This document shows positions 22,109 to 31,232 of a DNA stretch of 64,000 bases, piece after piece. The stretch's first letter is position 1. Each line of letters opens with the position of its first letter. Source of the stretch: Myxococcota bacterium (GTDB taxonomy: Bacteria; Myxococcota_A; Polyangia; Nannocystales; Nannocystaceae); assembly GCA_039028615.1 (NCBI GenBank), contig JBCCHT010000040.1, positions 1-64,000 on the forward strand, read 5' to 3'. Under the pieces are notes generated by a model. The model worked only from the letters and a program-made list of their open reading frames with translations, was not told the origin of the DNA and ran no database searches. Position numbers and translations under genes: made by a program.

Positions 22109-22577
22109 CGCCTGACGTGTTCTCCCGTACGGGGATTGGCCGAGCCTGCTTGTTCGCGGGCCTTGCCTCGAGCGTACGTGGGACGGTTTTTGGGTTTCCT
22201 GTGGCTCGCTCGGTCCGTGTGTTGACTGGGCTCTTCTTCTTCTTCTTTGGGTGGGCCGTTCGCAAGACGGTCGAGTCTGGTACGAAGGGATTGCTTCGTT
22301 GCTCGGGGCCGCAGAGAAAAACTCTCCTGACGTCCTGGCGGCGAATCTCGGCCTCATTGTTCGGCGGTCGGCAGACTCAACGATACGCGTAACGGTTCCT
22401 CGCCACGTCGCGTGTCTTCGAATACGCGCGTGCTCGTCTGTCGAACCGGACTACGCGTTCGAACCCACCCGCTCCCCGGAACAAGCTTGCTCGGAGGTCT
22501 CTCCACCGAAGGCTCTGTCTCTGAGCAACCTTGTCCAATCACCCACGCTCCAGACGCAAACGCAAAGCAAGGCCGTA

Positions 22578-23050
22578 GCCGACGCGACTCCAAGCACGCC
22601 ATCGCATGCGAAGACCACAACCCGGCCAATCTCCGCACGGGGCAGGCCGCACGGGGAGGGCAGAAGCGAAGCCGCGTAGGATGGAGGGGGCCCGGTCGCG
22701 CGGAGGTGGCCGCCGACGACCGTCGCGAAACACTCGGGTATCACGGCCGCCGAGCACGTCCGGGGAGGGTTCCAGCCGTCAACAGGCGAGCCTTTCGTTC
22801 GAACATTTCGCCGACGCAACTCCAAGCACGCCATCGCATGCGAAGAGCAGAACCCCGCGATCCTCCGCACGGGGCAAGCCGTCACGGGGAGGGCAGAAGC
22901 GAAGCCGCGTAGGATGGAGGGGGCCCGGTCGCGCGGAGGTGGCCGCCGACGACCGTCGCGAAACACCCGGCTGCAACGGCCGCCGAGCACGTCCGGGGAG
23001 GGTTCCAGCCGTCAACAGGCGAGCCTTTCGTTCGAACATTTCGCGGACGC
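22578..23050 (+). repeat. Copies C and D of the ~232-bp repeat, in tandem
   Basis: Units begin GCCGACGC(G/A)ACTCCAAGCACGCCATCGCATGCGAAGA at 22578 and 22810 (period 232) and have near-identical cores. Confidence 0.95.
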
Positions 23051-23085
23051 ACCGCGAAACACTCCCCCCTCCGAGTCCCCCGCAA

Positions 23086-23937
23086 CTACCCCCGCTCACC
23101 CCCCGAACAATTCCCAGGCGCAATGAACGAAACCTGCAGCAGCTTGTTGATCCAGATCGAATCCAGCTCCATGGTGTCGTCATTGCTCGGCATCGAGCTG
23201 CGCGCATAGGCAATGGGCCGCCCGTCGTCGACTCCGGTCTCCACCATGCGCAGGATCTGATAGTCCCCCGTTCCGCAGCCGGCCGCAGCCGTAGCTTCGA
23301 GCTTGGCGCGGGCATTGCTCAGCGCATCCGCGAGCGCCTGCTGCTCGAGCTTCTCGCGGGTCTCGTAGTACAGCTGCGGCGTAGGCTCGCTCAGAGTCGC
23401 GAACGTGATGCCCCGCTCGGCCGCCGAGTCGCTCGGCTTGCTCAGCGAGCCTGCCAGCAAGTCGTGCTGGATGTCGGAGAAGCCCGCCTGGAACTCCGCG
23501 ATGCGTGAAGTCTTCGCGGTCAGCGTGACCGACTTGGCGTAGGTCCCTCGGCAGACGGTGCGGCTATTGCCCAGGTAGCGCTCGAAGCTGCGGGTGTAGC
23601 CGCCCTTCGAGAACACCCCGTCGCGCTCGTTGTTCGGGTCCAAGGTGCCGCGCAGCGTGGCCATGACGTTGGCCGCGGCCTTGTCCGCCGCCGCGCTCGC
23701 CTCCATGGGCGTCGCGTGGCACTCAGACTCGATCGTCACCTGGAACTCGATGAACTCGGGCGCGTGGGGCAGTCGCCCCTCGCCGATGAATACGGTGGGA
23801 TTTTGGGCCTTGGTGATCTCGATGACCGCAGGGGGAACGCTCGCGTTGCTGGCGTTGCCCTGGGCACATGCGGTGGCCGCCAGGGAGGTACCGAGAACGA
23901 GGCCAGCAGCGAGGGAGGTGCGCGTTTTCCGACTCAT
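23086..23937 (-). CDS. SIMPL (DUF541)-like lipoprotein
   Basis: Lipobox ATA-C, GEGRL..APE near the N-terminus and REKLEQQALADALSNARAKLEATAAAAG, a SIMPL-type helix. Confidence 0.72.
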   Translation of the reverse strand: MSRKTRTSLAAGLVLGTSLAATACAQGNASNASVPPAVIEITKAQNPTVFIGEGRLPHAPEFIEFQVTIESECHATPMEASAAADKAAANVMATLRGTLDPNNERDGVFSKGGYTRSFERYLGNSRTVCRGTYAKSVTLTAKTSRIAEFQAGFSDIQHDLLAGSLSKPSDSAAERGITFATLSEPTPQLYYETREKLEQQALADALSNARAKLEATAAAGCGTGDYQILRMVETGVDDGRPIAYARSSMPSNDDTMELDSIWINKLLQVSFIAPGNCSGGERG

Positions 23938-24040
23938 GGGTCTTGCTTTCTACGACGCCCCGCCCGGTGGTGGGGGCGTCGCATGGACCCAACGCGAGCC
24001 GAATCGGACCGGCGCAGGTTTTTTCGATCTTTTTTCGCGC

Positions 24041-26509
24041 TCAGCGGAGGTCGCGATGGTTGAACAGCTCGGCGGCGTCGCCCTTGACGGGCTCGACGGA
24101 CTCGATCTCGTAGATGGTCGCCCCGCTGTGCACGTTGTAGGTGCGGACGCGGTGCGGGAGCTTGAAGCCCTTGGCCTTCTTGAAGTCGCCGAGGGTGGCG
24201 CTCGTCTGAATGGTGCCGACGCCTTCGGCGAGCTGCTGCTGCTCGCTGGCCCGGACTTCACCGCTCTTTTCGTCGATGAAGACCTTCATGGGGGGCAGGT
24301 CTTTGACGCGCAGGATGACCTCGACGAGCTCTTTGTCGTCGCGGGTGGTCCGGCCCTCGACCTCGGCGCTGTCGTAGCCGTGGGCCCAGTTGCCGGCGAG
24401 CAGGGGCATGGAGAGCCGAGCCTGCTCGAGGTACTTGCCGTGGGACTGGGTGGGCGGGCTCATGGTGCCGAGGCTCCAGGCCTCGGTGCCGTCGTAGACC
24501 TCGCGCATGCGGCCGTGGTCACCGAAATCCATGTCGACGGCGATGCGGCGCTCGGCATCGAACACGAGCGTGAAGCGGCCCTCCACCGCGGCGGACGGCA
24601 TCTTCACGACGCCGCTGACCCGCAGGGGCCCGACCTTGGCGAGGCGCTTGGAGAAGGCCTTGGCCTTCGAGCGCTTCAGGAGCTGCTCGACGGTGGGTAG
24701 CGGGGCTTGCTTGCCGTCTTGCCGTAGCAGCGGCATGTCCTTGCCGCCCTGGTGCAGGATGAGAGCGTCGACCTTGCCGGCGTCGGTGCGGCGGAAGCTG
24801 AGCTCGATCTTGTCGGTGGCGCGAACGCCCCAGCGCCCGTCCTCGCCCGGCTTGCGCATGACGAAGGGCAGCTGCCCCTTCACGTCCGCGACCATGCGGC
24901 CCTGGACGAGCTTGATGGTGGTGTCGAGCGGGATCTCGTCGTTCTTGTAGCGACCGAGCAGCTCGGCGACCTCGGAGCGCTCGAACTCGCGGGGGAAGCT
25001 GTAGCCCTCGCGCGGGAGCTCGAGATCGAGGCCTCCTTGCAGCATGTGCAGGACCTGCGCCTTGCCGTCGATGACGTCGAAGTAGACCTTGATGGTGTCG
25101 GTGAGGGCGAAGGCCCAGCGCCCGTCGGCGTCGGGGGCCTTGAGCTCGAACTTGGTCTGGCCGGGCACGTCGACGTAGAGCCGGCCGTTCTCCGCGCTCA
25201 CGGTGAAGCGGGCGTCGTCGAAGGGCCCGAAGTCGGCGACGAACTTCCCGGGGTAGGGGCCGAGCTCGAGGGCCTGCGCGGGGGCGTCCGCTTCGTCGCT
25301 GGGAAGGTCACCCAGCAGGCTCTCGAACACGATGCCGAGCGAGCCGCGCTGGAGCGGGGTGGCGCTGATGTTGGTGAGCAAGACGAAGCCGATGTCGTCG
25401 TCGGGCAGCATGCCGACCTCGGCCGCGTAGCCATCGATGTTGCCGCCGTGCTCGACGACGCGGTGCCCCTGCCAGTCGCCGAGCATCCAGCCGAGGCCGT
25501 AGTCGATCCCGTTGCCTACGGTGCTCTGCTTCTGCCAGGTGGTGTCGAGGTTCGCGGCGGAGACGAGCTGCTCGCCTTCGTAGGTGCCGCGCCCCAGCTG
25601 CAGCCGCACCCACTGCGCCATGTCGAGCACGTTGGAGTTGATGGCGCCCGCGGGGGCGATGGTGTCGAGCGAGCGCATGGGGAGCGCCTCGTGGACCTCG
25701 GTGACCTCGCGCCAGCGGTAGCCCTGGGCGAGGTGACCCTCGGCCTTGGCCCCGTCCACGGTCACCGTGGTGTGATTCATGCCCAGCGGCTCGAGGATCC
25801 GTGCCTGCAGCATCGCCGCCCAGGTGGTGTCGGCGGTCCGGGCCGCTGCTTCACCGGCCGATGCATAGGTCACGTTGTTGTAGAGAAATTTTTCGTCGTA
25901 TCCGGCGACCGGCTCGGCCGCGCTGGCCTTGGCGAGCATCTCGCTGGCGCTCAGCTTGCCCCCGATCCACAAAAGGCCCATGCGGGTGAAGCCGCTGCGG
26001 TGGCTCAGCATGTCGCGCACGGTGAGGGCGGGCGCCTCCTCTTTGTCCTTGGCCGGCTTGGGCTGGAGCTGGAATTCCGGCACGTGGGTGGTGATGGGGT
26101 CGTCCCACGACATCTTGCCGGCATCGACTTGCATGGCGACCAGGGCGGAGGTGAAGGCCTTGGTCGTCGAGCCCACGGCAAAGACGGTCTCGGGGGTCGC
26201 CTCGCGCTTGGCATCGAGGTCGGCGTGCCCGAAGCCCTCGGCAAAGATGATCTCGTCGCCCTTGACCACGGCCACGGCCATGCCCGGAATGTGATTTTCG
26301 ACGCGGGCGGCCTCGAGCCGCTCGGACAACAGCTCGAGCCGCTCGGCGAGGTCGTCATCGGTGGCGGGGGCCTGCGTCGGTGGGGCAACGGGCGCGGGCG
26401 CGGTGGTGTCCGGGGTCTTGCCTGCGCAGGCGGCGAGCCAGCCGACGATGGCCAGGCCCAGCCACGACGGCGGACGCAGAAAAGGAGTGGGGGCGTGCTT
26501 CGATGCCAT
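24041..26509 (-). CDS. Serine hydrolase, beta-lactamase class C/AmpC family lipoprotein with C-terminal extra domains
   Basis: Lipobox LAA-C, FAVGSTTK (SxxK), LSHRSG, FLYNN (YxN) and EHGG. Confidence 0.92.
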   Translation of the reverse strand: MASKHAPTPFLRPPSWLGLAIVGWLAACAGKTPDTTAPAPVAPPTQAPATDDDLAERLELLSERLEAARVENHIPGMAVAVVKGDEIIFAEGFGHADLDAKREATPETVFAVGSTTKAFTSALVAMQVDAGKMSWDDPITTHVPEFQLQPKPAKDKEEAPALTVRDMLSHRSGFTRMGLLWIGGKLSASEMLAKASAAEPVAGYDEKFLYNNVTYASAGEAAARTADTTWAAMLQARILEPLGMNHTTVTVDGAKAEGHLAQGYRWREVTEVHEALPMRSLDTIAPAGAINSNVLDMAQWVRLQLGRGTYEGEQLVSAANLDTTWQKQSTVGNGIDYGLGWMLGDWQGHRVVEHGGNIDGYAAEVGMLPDDDIGFVLLTNISATPLQRGSLGIVFESLLGDLPSDEADAPAQALELGPYPGKFVADFGPFDDARFTVSAENGRLYVDVPGQTKFELKAPDADGRWAFALTDTIKVYFDVIDGKAQVLHMLQGGLDLELPREGYSFPREFERSEVAELLGRYKNDEIPLDTTIKLVQGRMVADVKGQLPFVMRKPGEDGRWGVRATDKIELSFRRTDAGKVDALILHQGGKDMPLLRQDGKQAPLPTVEQLLKRSKAKAFSKRLAKVGPLRVSGVVKMPSAAVEGRFTLVFDAERRIAVDMDFGDHGRMREVYDGTEAWSLGTMSPPTQSHGKYLEQARLSMPLLAGNWAHGYDSAEVEGRTTRDDKELVEVILRVKDLPPMKVFIDEKSGEVRASEQQQLAEGVGTIQTSATLGDFKKAKGFKLPHRVRTYNVHSGATIYEIESVEPVKGDAAELFNHRDLR

Positions 26510-26583
26510 GGGCGAGCTTCAGACTATCGCGGGGCCGAACTTGTTTCCGCGAATCGACGGTGGGGCTGCTACGTTCGTGGGCA

Positions 26584-28251
26584 ATGGCGGACGCTCACGC
26601 CCCGGACTCCTCGCCAGATTCGTCCCTGCCCGTCGATTCCCCGCGATCCGAGCCCGAGCGCGGTGCCATTTTGGAGCTGAACGGCCTGTCCGTTCGGCGC
26701 CCCGATGGGATCGAACTCCTGCGCGACGTCGACCTGAGCGTGCATCGAGGCGAGGTCATCGCGCTGCTGGGCGGCAGCGGAGCGGGCAAATCCACGCTGC
26801 TGGGGTGCATCGAGGACCCGGACGCGCTGCGGGAGCTCGGCTTCGGGGTCGACTTTTCTCACCGCGCGCTCGAGGCCGAGGTGGGAATCGTGCCGCAGCG
26901 GGGTGCCCTGTTCGATCACCTGAGCGTGGGCGGCAACCTGCGCCTGGCCCTGCGCCACGGCAACGACGGGCCCGCGGGGTCGAAGTCGTCGATCGACGAG
27001 GCGGTCGAGTCGTGGCTCGATCGCATGCACCTGCCGGGGCAGTGGGCGCGAGGCGAGCATCCGCCGACCCGGCTCAGCGGCGGTGAGGCGCAGCGGGTCG
27101 CGGTGGCGCGGACCCTGGCCGGGGGGCGCCGCCTGCTGTTTCTGGACGAGCCGTCGGTGGGGCTCGATCCCTATCGGGTGTTGGTGCTGGCGTCGTTGCT
27201 GCGGGCGCAGATCCGTCAGCGGGACGCGGCGGCGATCGTCATCACCCACGACTTGGCGTTCGCGGCCGCGTTCGCCGATCGGTTCTGGTTCATGGATCGC
27301 CCCGGCCAAGGGGTGGACGAGCTGCCGCTGCCCATGCCTCCGCCCGCGGACGAGCGCACGGAGGAGCAGGTCTGGGCCCTCGAGCGGGCGTTGAGCACCG
27401 AGGTTCTCGAGCGCCTGCGAAAGGACGAGCCCGCCGCCTCGGGCACGGCGGGCAGCAAGTGGCTGCGGGCGCTTCGGCAGCGAGCGGCGGCGCTGGTCGA
27501 GCCCTTCGCGGTGCCGGTGGAGGTGCTTCGGCACCTGCCCGCCACCTTGGTCTCGGGGCTGCGGGACTGGGCCGAGGTGCTGCCGGTCGTGCTCAAGCAG
27601 ACGCTGCTCCGGCCTGCGCCCTTCTTCGCCATCGTCTCCACGCTCATCGGCTACAGCGTGCTGTACATCTTTCATCGGGCCTTCGCCGATGGCGACCTGG
27701 CGCTGCGCGACGGCTATGTGTTCACGCTACTCGGTTCCCGGCACATCATCGCGCTGGCACCTCCGCTGACCGGGATCCTCTTCTCGGCGACCTCGGGCAA
27801 TGCGATCACGGCGTGGCTGGGCGGCATCTCGCTGACGCGGCAGGCCGAGGCGTTGCGGGGCCTGGGGGTGTTGCCGCGGCGCTACCTGTGGGGCCCGGCG
27901 TGGCTCGGCTTATCGGCCTCGGCCCTGGTGCTCTCGTGCCTGTTCGTGGTCGGCATGGTGGCGGGCGGTACCTTCTATATTGCGAGCACGGGGCTCGACA
28001 CGGCGACCGCGTTCGAGCTCATCTCCGCCCAGCTGCTCGATCCGGCCCCCGGAGACCGGCCATTGCTGGCTCGAGCCGCGTTGCTGCTGGGGCTTTATGC
28101 GCTGGGGATCTCCGCCGATGCGGTGGCCAAGGGGGCCCGCGACAAGCACAGCGCCGAAGCGGTCACCGCCTCCATGGTGCGCAGCGTCATGGCCTCCACG
28201 CTGTGGATCGTGGCCCTCGAGTTGCTCACCTTGCCGCTGGTGTTCGGGTAG
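26584..28251 (+). CDS. ABC ATPase (MlaF-like) fused to an MlaE-like permease
   Basis: Walker A GGSGAGKS, signature LSGGE, Walker B LFLDEP and H-loop ITHD. The C-terminal TM domain has LAPPLTGILF..TSGNAITAWLG....RQAEALRGLGV.P.RYL..P and AEAVTASMVRSV, resembling MlaE. Confidence 0.85.
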   Translation: MADAHAPDSSPDSSLPVDSPRSEPERGAILELNGLSVRRPDGIELLRDVDLSVHRGEVIALLGGSGAGKSTLLGCIEDPDALRELGFGVDFSHRALEAEVGIVPQRGALFDHLSVGGNLRLALRHGNDGPAGSKSSIDEAVESWLDRMHLPGQWARGEHPPTRLSGGEAQRVAVARTLAGGRRLLFLDEPSVGLDPYRVLVLASLLRAQIRQRDAAAIVITHDLAFAAAFADRFWFMDRPGQGVDELPLPMPPPADERTEEQVWALERALSTEVLERLRKDEPAASGTAGSKWLRALRQRAAALVEPFAVPVEVLRHLPATLVSGLRDWAEVLPVVLKQTLLRPAPFFAIVSTLIGYSVLYIFHRAFADGDLALRDGYVFTLLGSRHIIALAPPLTGILFSATSGNAITAWLGGISLTRQAEALRGLGVLPRRYLWGPAWLGLSASALVLSCLFVVGMVAGGTFYIASTGLDTATAFELISAQLLDPAPGDRPLLARAALLLGLYALGISADAVAKGARDKHSAEAVTASMVRSVMASTLWIVALELLTLPLVFG

Positions 28252-28253
28252 TC

Positions 28254-29999
28254 ATGCGCACCTCCATCGCCATCGGGGTGCTCGGGGTCGGCGGTCTGGC
28301 TGCGGCCGGGGGCATGCTGGTGGCTTCGGTGCCTCGCCCCGAGGTTGCGGTCGAGCGTGCGGCAGGGCCCGTGGTCGCCCCGGAAGATGCGGTGCGTTGG
28401 GAGGCTCGTTTTTCTCCCGCCGAAGATCGGCCGCGGCTGGTCGCGACCGTCGATCGGGAGCCGACCGCCGCGCTGGAGCTGGACGGCGACGACGGCATCG
28501 CCCTGCCCCTGACCGAGCTCGACCCGGGAGCGCACTTTTTGGAGCTGACCTTGGCGCGCCGCGGCGGCCGAGTCACGCGCTTCACCGACCAAGTGCTCGC
28601 GGGTCCCTGGCAGTCCGACGTCGAGCGCGGGTGCGACATCGGCCTGACGCTCAGCCCCGAAGGCCTGCACGACCTGCTGCTGCCCGTGATCGAGGAGAAG
28701 GTCCTGGCGGGGGCGCGGTCGAACGAGTACTTCGGCGAGACGAGCTACCTGTCCCGTCGCACGCTCGAGGTGGTGGATGGCGGCCTGTACTTCGACGTGT
28801 TCCTCGACACGCGCGAGGAGGGCAAGGGCGACCTGGCGGTGGCGGGGTTCGTCGACGTGGCGGGCCAGGGAGACGACGGCGCGACCGTGTCGTTGCGCCG
28901 GATCGATCGAGCGGTGCCCGGGCCCAAGCTCGAGGCCATGGCCGAAGCCGAGGGCTCGCGGAAGGTGGGGGCGATCGGCGTGACGGTGGGCAGCGGGATC
29001 GTGGCTGCCACCGGAGGCGGCGCGCTGATCGGCGTGGCCGCGGCGCTGGGGGGCGGCTACGTGGGCTCGAAGATCGGCGAGCGGGTGGGCAAACAGACGG
29101 TGCGCCGCGAGGTCCGTCGTGAAGCGCGGGAGCAGATCGAAGGCGCGCTACGCCAGGTGACGCAGGCCCTGGTGCTCCCCGCGGGCGTCACGGTCTTGCC
29201 GACGCAGCCGGAGCTAGTCGCCGATCTGCACTGGTGTGGCGCTCCCTCGCTGACCCACGACGGGGGCCTGCAGGCGCGTCTCCGGGTCGATCTGCATGCC
29301 GATGCCTTGAGCGAGGAGGCGGCCCGCATGGCGGTCTCGCACGGCACCATGCTGCCCGAGCCCCGCGCGCCCTCGGCCCCCGAAGACAACCTCCACGTCG
29401 ACGTGAGCGGGGACTTCATCAACCGGATGCTCGCCGAGTGGACGGTGCGCAACGGACTGCAGCAGGCCCTCGACGCCAGCGGCCTGAAGCAGCAGGTCCA
29501 GGCGCAGCTGGGCGATCGCACGCGCTGGCAGGTGCAGGCCTTGCGCGTCGAGGTGCCGCCGATGGTGCGCCCGGTCGAAGGCGGCCGGATCGACGCGACG
29601 CTGGCCGGAGTGGTGCTCGAGCTGCTCGACCCCGAGCGGGCGGTGACGCGAACGGTGGTGATGGGCTCGACGGGGGCGCTGACGCTGACACCCCTCGAGC
29701 CCTTGGGGTCGCTGCAGCTCGGAGGCTCGCTCGACGAGGTCTACTTGGGCTGTCGCGAGCGCCGAGAGCAGGTCGAGCGCCGGGTGCCCTGCTTTTCGGC
29801 CGTGCTCGACCCTCGAGCCCTGCGGCAGCAGCTCGACGACATACTGAAGGTCCGCTCCAACCAGCTCCCGGTGCTCGACTTGGGTGCCTTGTTTCGGTTG
29901 CAGATCTTCGGTGACGCCAGCCCGCGCGCGCTGGAGCTCGCGGATTTCCGGGTGCAGGCGCAGCCGGATTTGCTCGTCATCGACGCCCGGGTTCGCTGA
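28254..29999 (+). CDS. Hypothetical exported protein with glycine-zipper insert, possibly BPI/TULIP-like fold
   Basis: N-terminal hydrophobic anchor and an internal Gly/Ala zipper (GAIGVTVGSG...GGGYVGSKIG). Starts 2 nt after the upstream stop. The fold guess is inference. Confidence 0.75.
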   Translation: MRTSIAIGVLGVGGLAAAGGMLVASVPRPEVAVERAAGPVVAPEDAVRWEARFSPAEDRPRLVATVDREPTAALELDGDDGIALPLTELDPGAHFLELTLARRGGRVTRFTDQVLAGPWQSDVERGCDIGLTLSPEGLHDLLLPVIEEKVLAGARSNEYFGETSYLSRRTLEVVDGGLYFDVFLDTREEGKGDLAVAGFVDVAGQGDDGATVSLRRIDRAVPGPKLEAMAEAEGSRKVGAIGVTVGSGIVAATGGGALIGVAAALGGGYVGSKIGERVGKQTVRREVRREAREQIEGALRQVTQALVLPAGVTVLPTQPELVADLHWCGAPSLTHDGGLQARLRVDLHADALSEEAARMAVSHGTMLPEPRAPSAPEDNLHVDVSGDFINRMLAEWTVRNGLQQALDASGLKQQVQAQLGDRTRWQVQALRVEVPPMVRPVEGGRIDATLAGVVLELLDPERAVTRTVVMGSTGALTLTPLEPLGSLQLGGSLDEVYLGCRERREQVERRVPCFSAVLDPRALRQQLDDILKVRSNQLPVLDLGALFRLQIFGDASPRALELADFRVQAQPDLLVIDARVR

Positions 30000-30067
30000 G
30001 CGATCGGCACGGCAATGCCCCACGAAGAGGCCCGGGAGTGGGTTTCACGTCGAATTGATTTCGGAAT

Positions 30068-30082
30068 CGAAAATCATTTTCA
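30068..30082. promoter_or_regulatory. Fur-family 7-1-7 inverted repeat
   Basis: CGAAAAT-C-ATTTTCA versus consensus TGATAAT-N-ATTATCA, inside a conspicuous AT-rich island. Confidence 0.6.
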
Positions 30083-30120
30083 TTTGTGAGTTCGCGCGTG
30101 AGCGGACCCTCAAAATCCTA

Positions 30121-30149
30121 TTGCAGTCCGAGGCCGGTCCGCGTACCCT
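30121..30149 (+). promoter_or_regulatory. Sigma70-type promoter
   Basis: TTGCAG (30121-30126) - 17 nt - TACCCT (30144-30149). Confidence 0.65.
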
Positions 30150-30155
30150 GATTTT

Positions 30156-30174
30156 GGTATTGATTTTCATTATC
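30156..30174 (+). promoter_or_regulatory. Fur box-like operator at the predicted transcription start
   Basis: GGTATTGATTTTCATTATC matches 15 of 19 positions of GATAATGATAATCATTATC. Confidence 0.72.
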
Positions 30175-30202
30175 GATACCAAACGCAACCCCGATGCTCC
30201 CG

Positions 30203-30245
30203 GGCGGGCGGGGCGTGCCTTCCACGCCTCGCCCGCCTTTTTTTT
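30203..30245 (+). terminator. Intrinsic terminator
   Basis: 15-bp stem GGCGGGCGGGGCGTG / CACGCCTCGCCCGCC (one G-U pair), 5-nt loop, then T8. Confidence 0.85.
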
Positions 30246-30260
30246 GAACGAGATCTGCTG

Positions 30261-30485
30261 ATGAGCCATCACCCTTTGCGTACCCTTGCTCGAAACTCCG
30301 CCGTTCAGATTGAAATGTGCGCGGGTTGCAACGTCCTCCACGTGACCATTGGTCCGCTGACGTTGCGACTCGATCCCACGGCCGCCCGCCGACTGAATTC
30401 TGGCCTGAGCCAGGCGCTGGAGCGCTTGGCCCTCGAGACCCAGCCCGTCGTTGAAATGCCGGCCGATGGTCAGCTCGTGAACTGA
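30261..30485 (+). CDS. Small putative metal-binding protein (CxxC...H)
   Basis: 74 aa containing CAGCNVLHVTIGPLTLRL; first ORF after the Fur-like region. Confidence 0.7.
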   Translation: MSHHPLRTLARNSAVQIEMCAGCNVLHVTIGPLTLRLDPTAARRLNSGLSQALERLALETQPVVEMPADGQLVN

Positions 30486-30500
30486 GGCAGGTCCACGCCC

Positions 30501-31232
30501 ATGACTGCGCTCTATCGACCCTCCGTCGATGCCGGGCCCGAGCACTTGGCGGGGGTGCTGCCCCTGCGCTCGCCTCGTTGGGCGATCACTCAGCGAGACA
30601 TCCTGGACTCCGAGACCTATCGTCGCATTCGGTCTCGCTATCGTCCGCTGCTCGTCGAGCTCAAGTGTCATCGTCGGGTTCGAATCGCACCGAACGTGGT
30701 GATCTTGTTCGAGAACCGCGAGACGGTCCTGTTCCAGATCCACGAGGTCCTGCGCATTGAAGGGCATCATCCCGCTCGAGTGGCGCAGGAACTCCGCAAC
30801 TATGAGTGCCTCCTGCCGCGGCCCGGTGAGTGGCGAGCCACGGTCATGATCGACGGTGGGACGCGCGAGCAGGGTCGACGACTGGCCGCGGCCATACGAC
30901 AGCCCGGCGCGATGGGCCTGTCGTCGGGGCCGCTGGGGTGCAACAGCGAGCTCGCCCGCGACGATGACGAAGACGCCGACGATGCGGTGCAGTACCTGCG
31001 CTTTCGGCCGCCTGCGGCGATGAACCGGGCCGTGTCCCGGGGGGGCGCTTCGTTGCGCCTGAGTCTCCGCATCGGGCTGACCCACCTGAGCACCGCCGTG
31101 TCCGAGAGCATGCGGGACCAGCTCGCGCGGGATCTCGATCCTCCCGCGGGCAGCTCCCTGCTCCAAGCCCTGGCCGCATGCCCCTTCGCTCCCGAGCCCG
31201 GGCGCGCGTGGGCCCACGGGCGGAGGCAATAG
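30501..31232 (+). CDS. DUF3501 family protein
   Basis: DILDSETYRRIR...KCHRRVRIAPNVVILFENRETVLFQIHEVLRIEG...ELRNYECLLP...WRATVMID matches the DUF3501 pattern. Confidence 0.82.
   Translation: MTALYRPSVDAGPEHLAGVLPLRSPRWAITQRDILDSETYRRIRSRYRPLLVELKCHRRVRIAPNVVILFENRETVLFQIHEVLRIEGHHPARVAQELRNYECLLPRPGEWRATVMIDGGTREQGRRLAAAIRQPGAMGLSSGPLGCNSELARDDDEDADDAVQYLRFRPPAAMNRAVSRGGASLRLSLRIGLTHLSTAVSESMRDQLARDLDPPAGSSLLQALAACPFAPEPGRAWAHGRRQ

Larger units (their letters stand above)
30156..30245 (+). ncRNA. Candidate ~90-nt Fur-regulated sRNA or attenuator leader
   Basis: Bounded by the promoter and the terminator; has a 5' hairpin (GGTATTGAT/ATCGATACC) and no ORF. Confidence 0.45.

Noticed and set aside
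21790..23050. CRISPR array or IS element
   Set aside because: Units are ~232 bp with no unique spacers. No cas or transposase gene, terminal inverted repeats or target-site duplication is evident.
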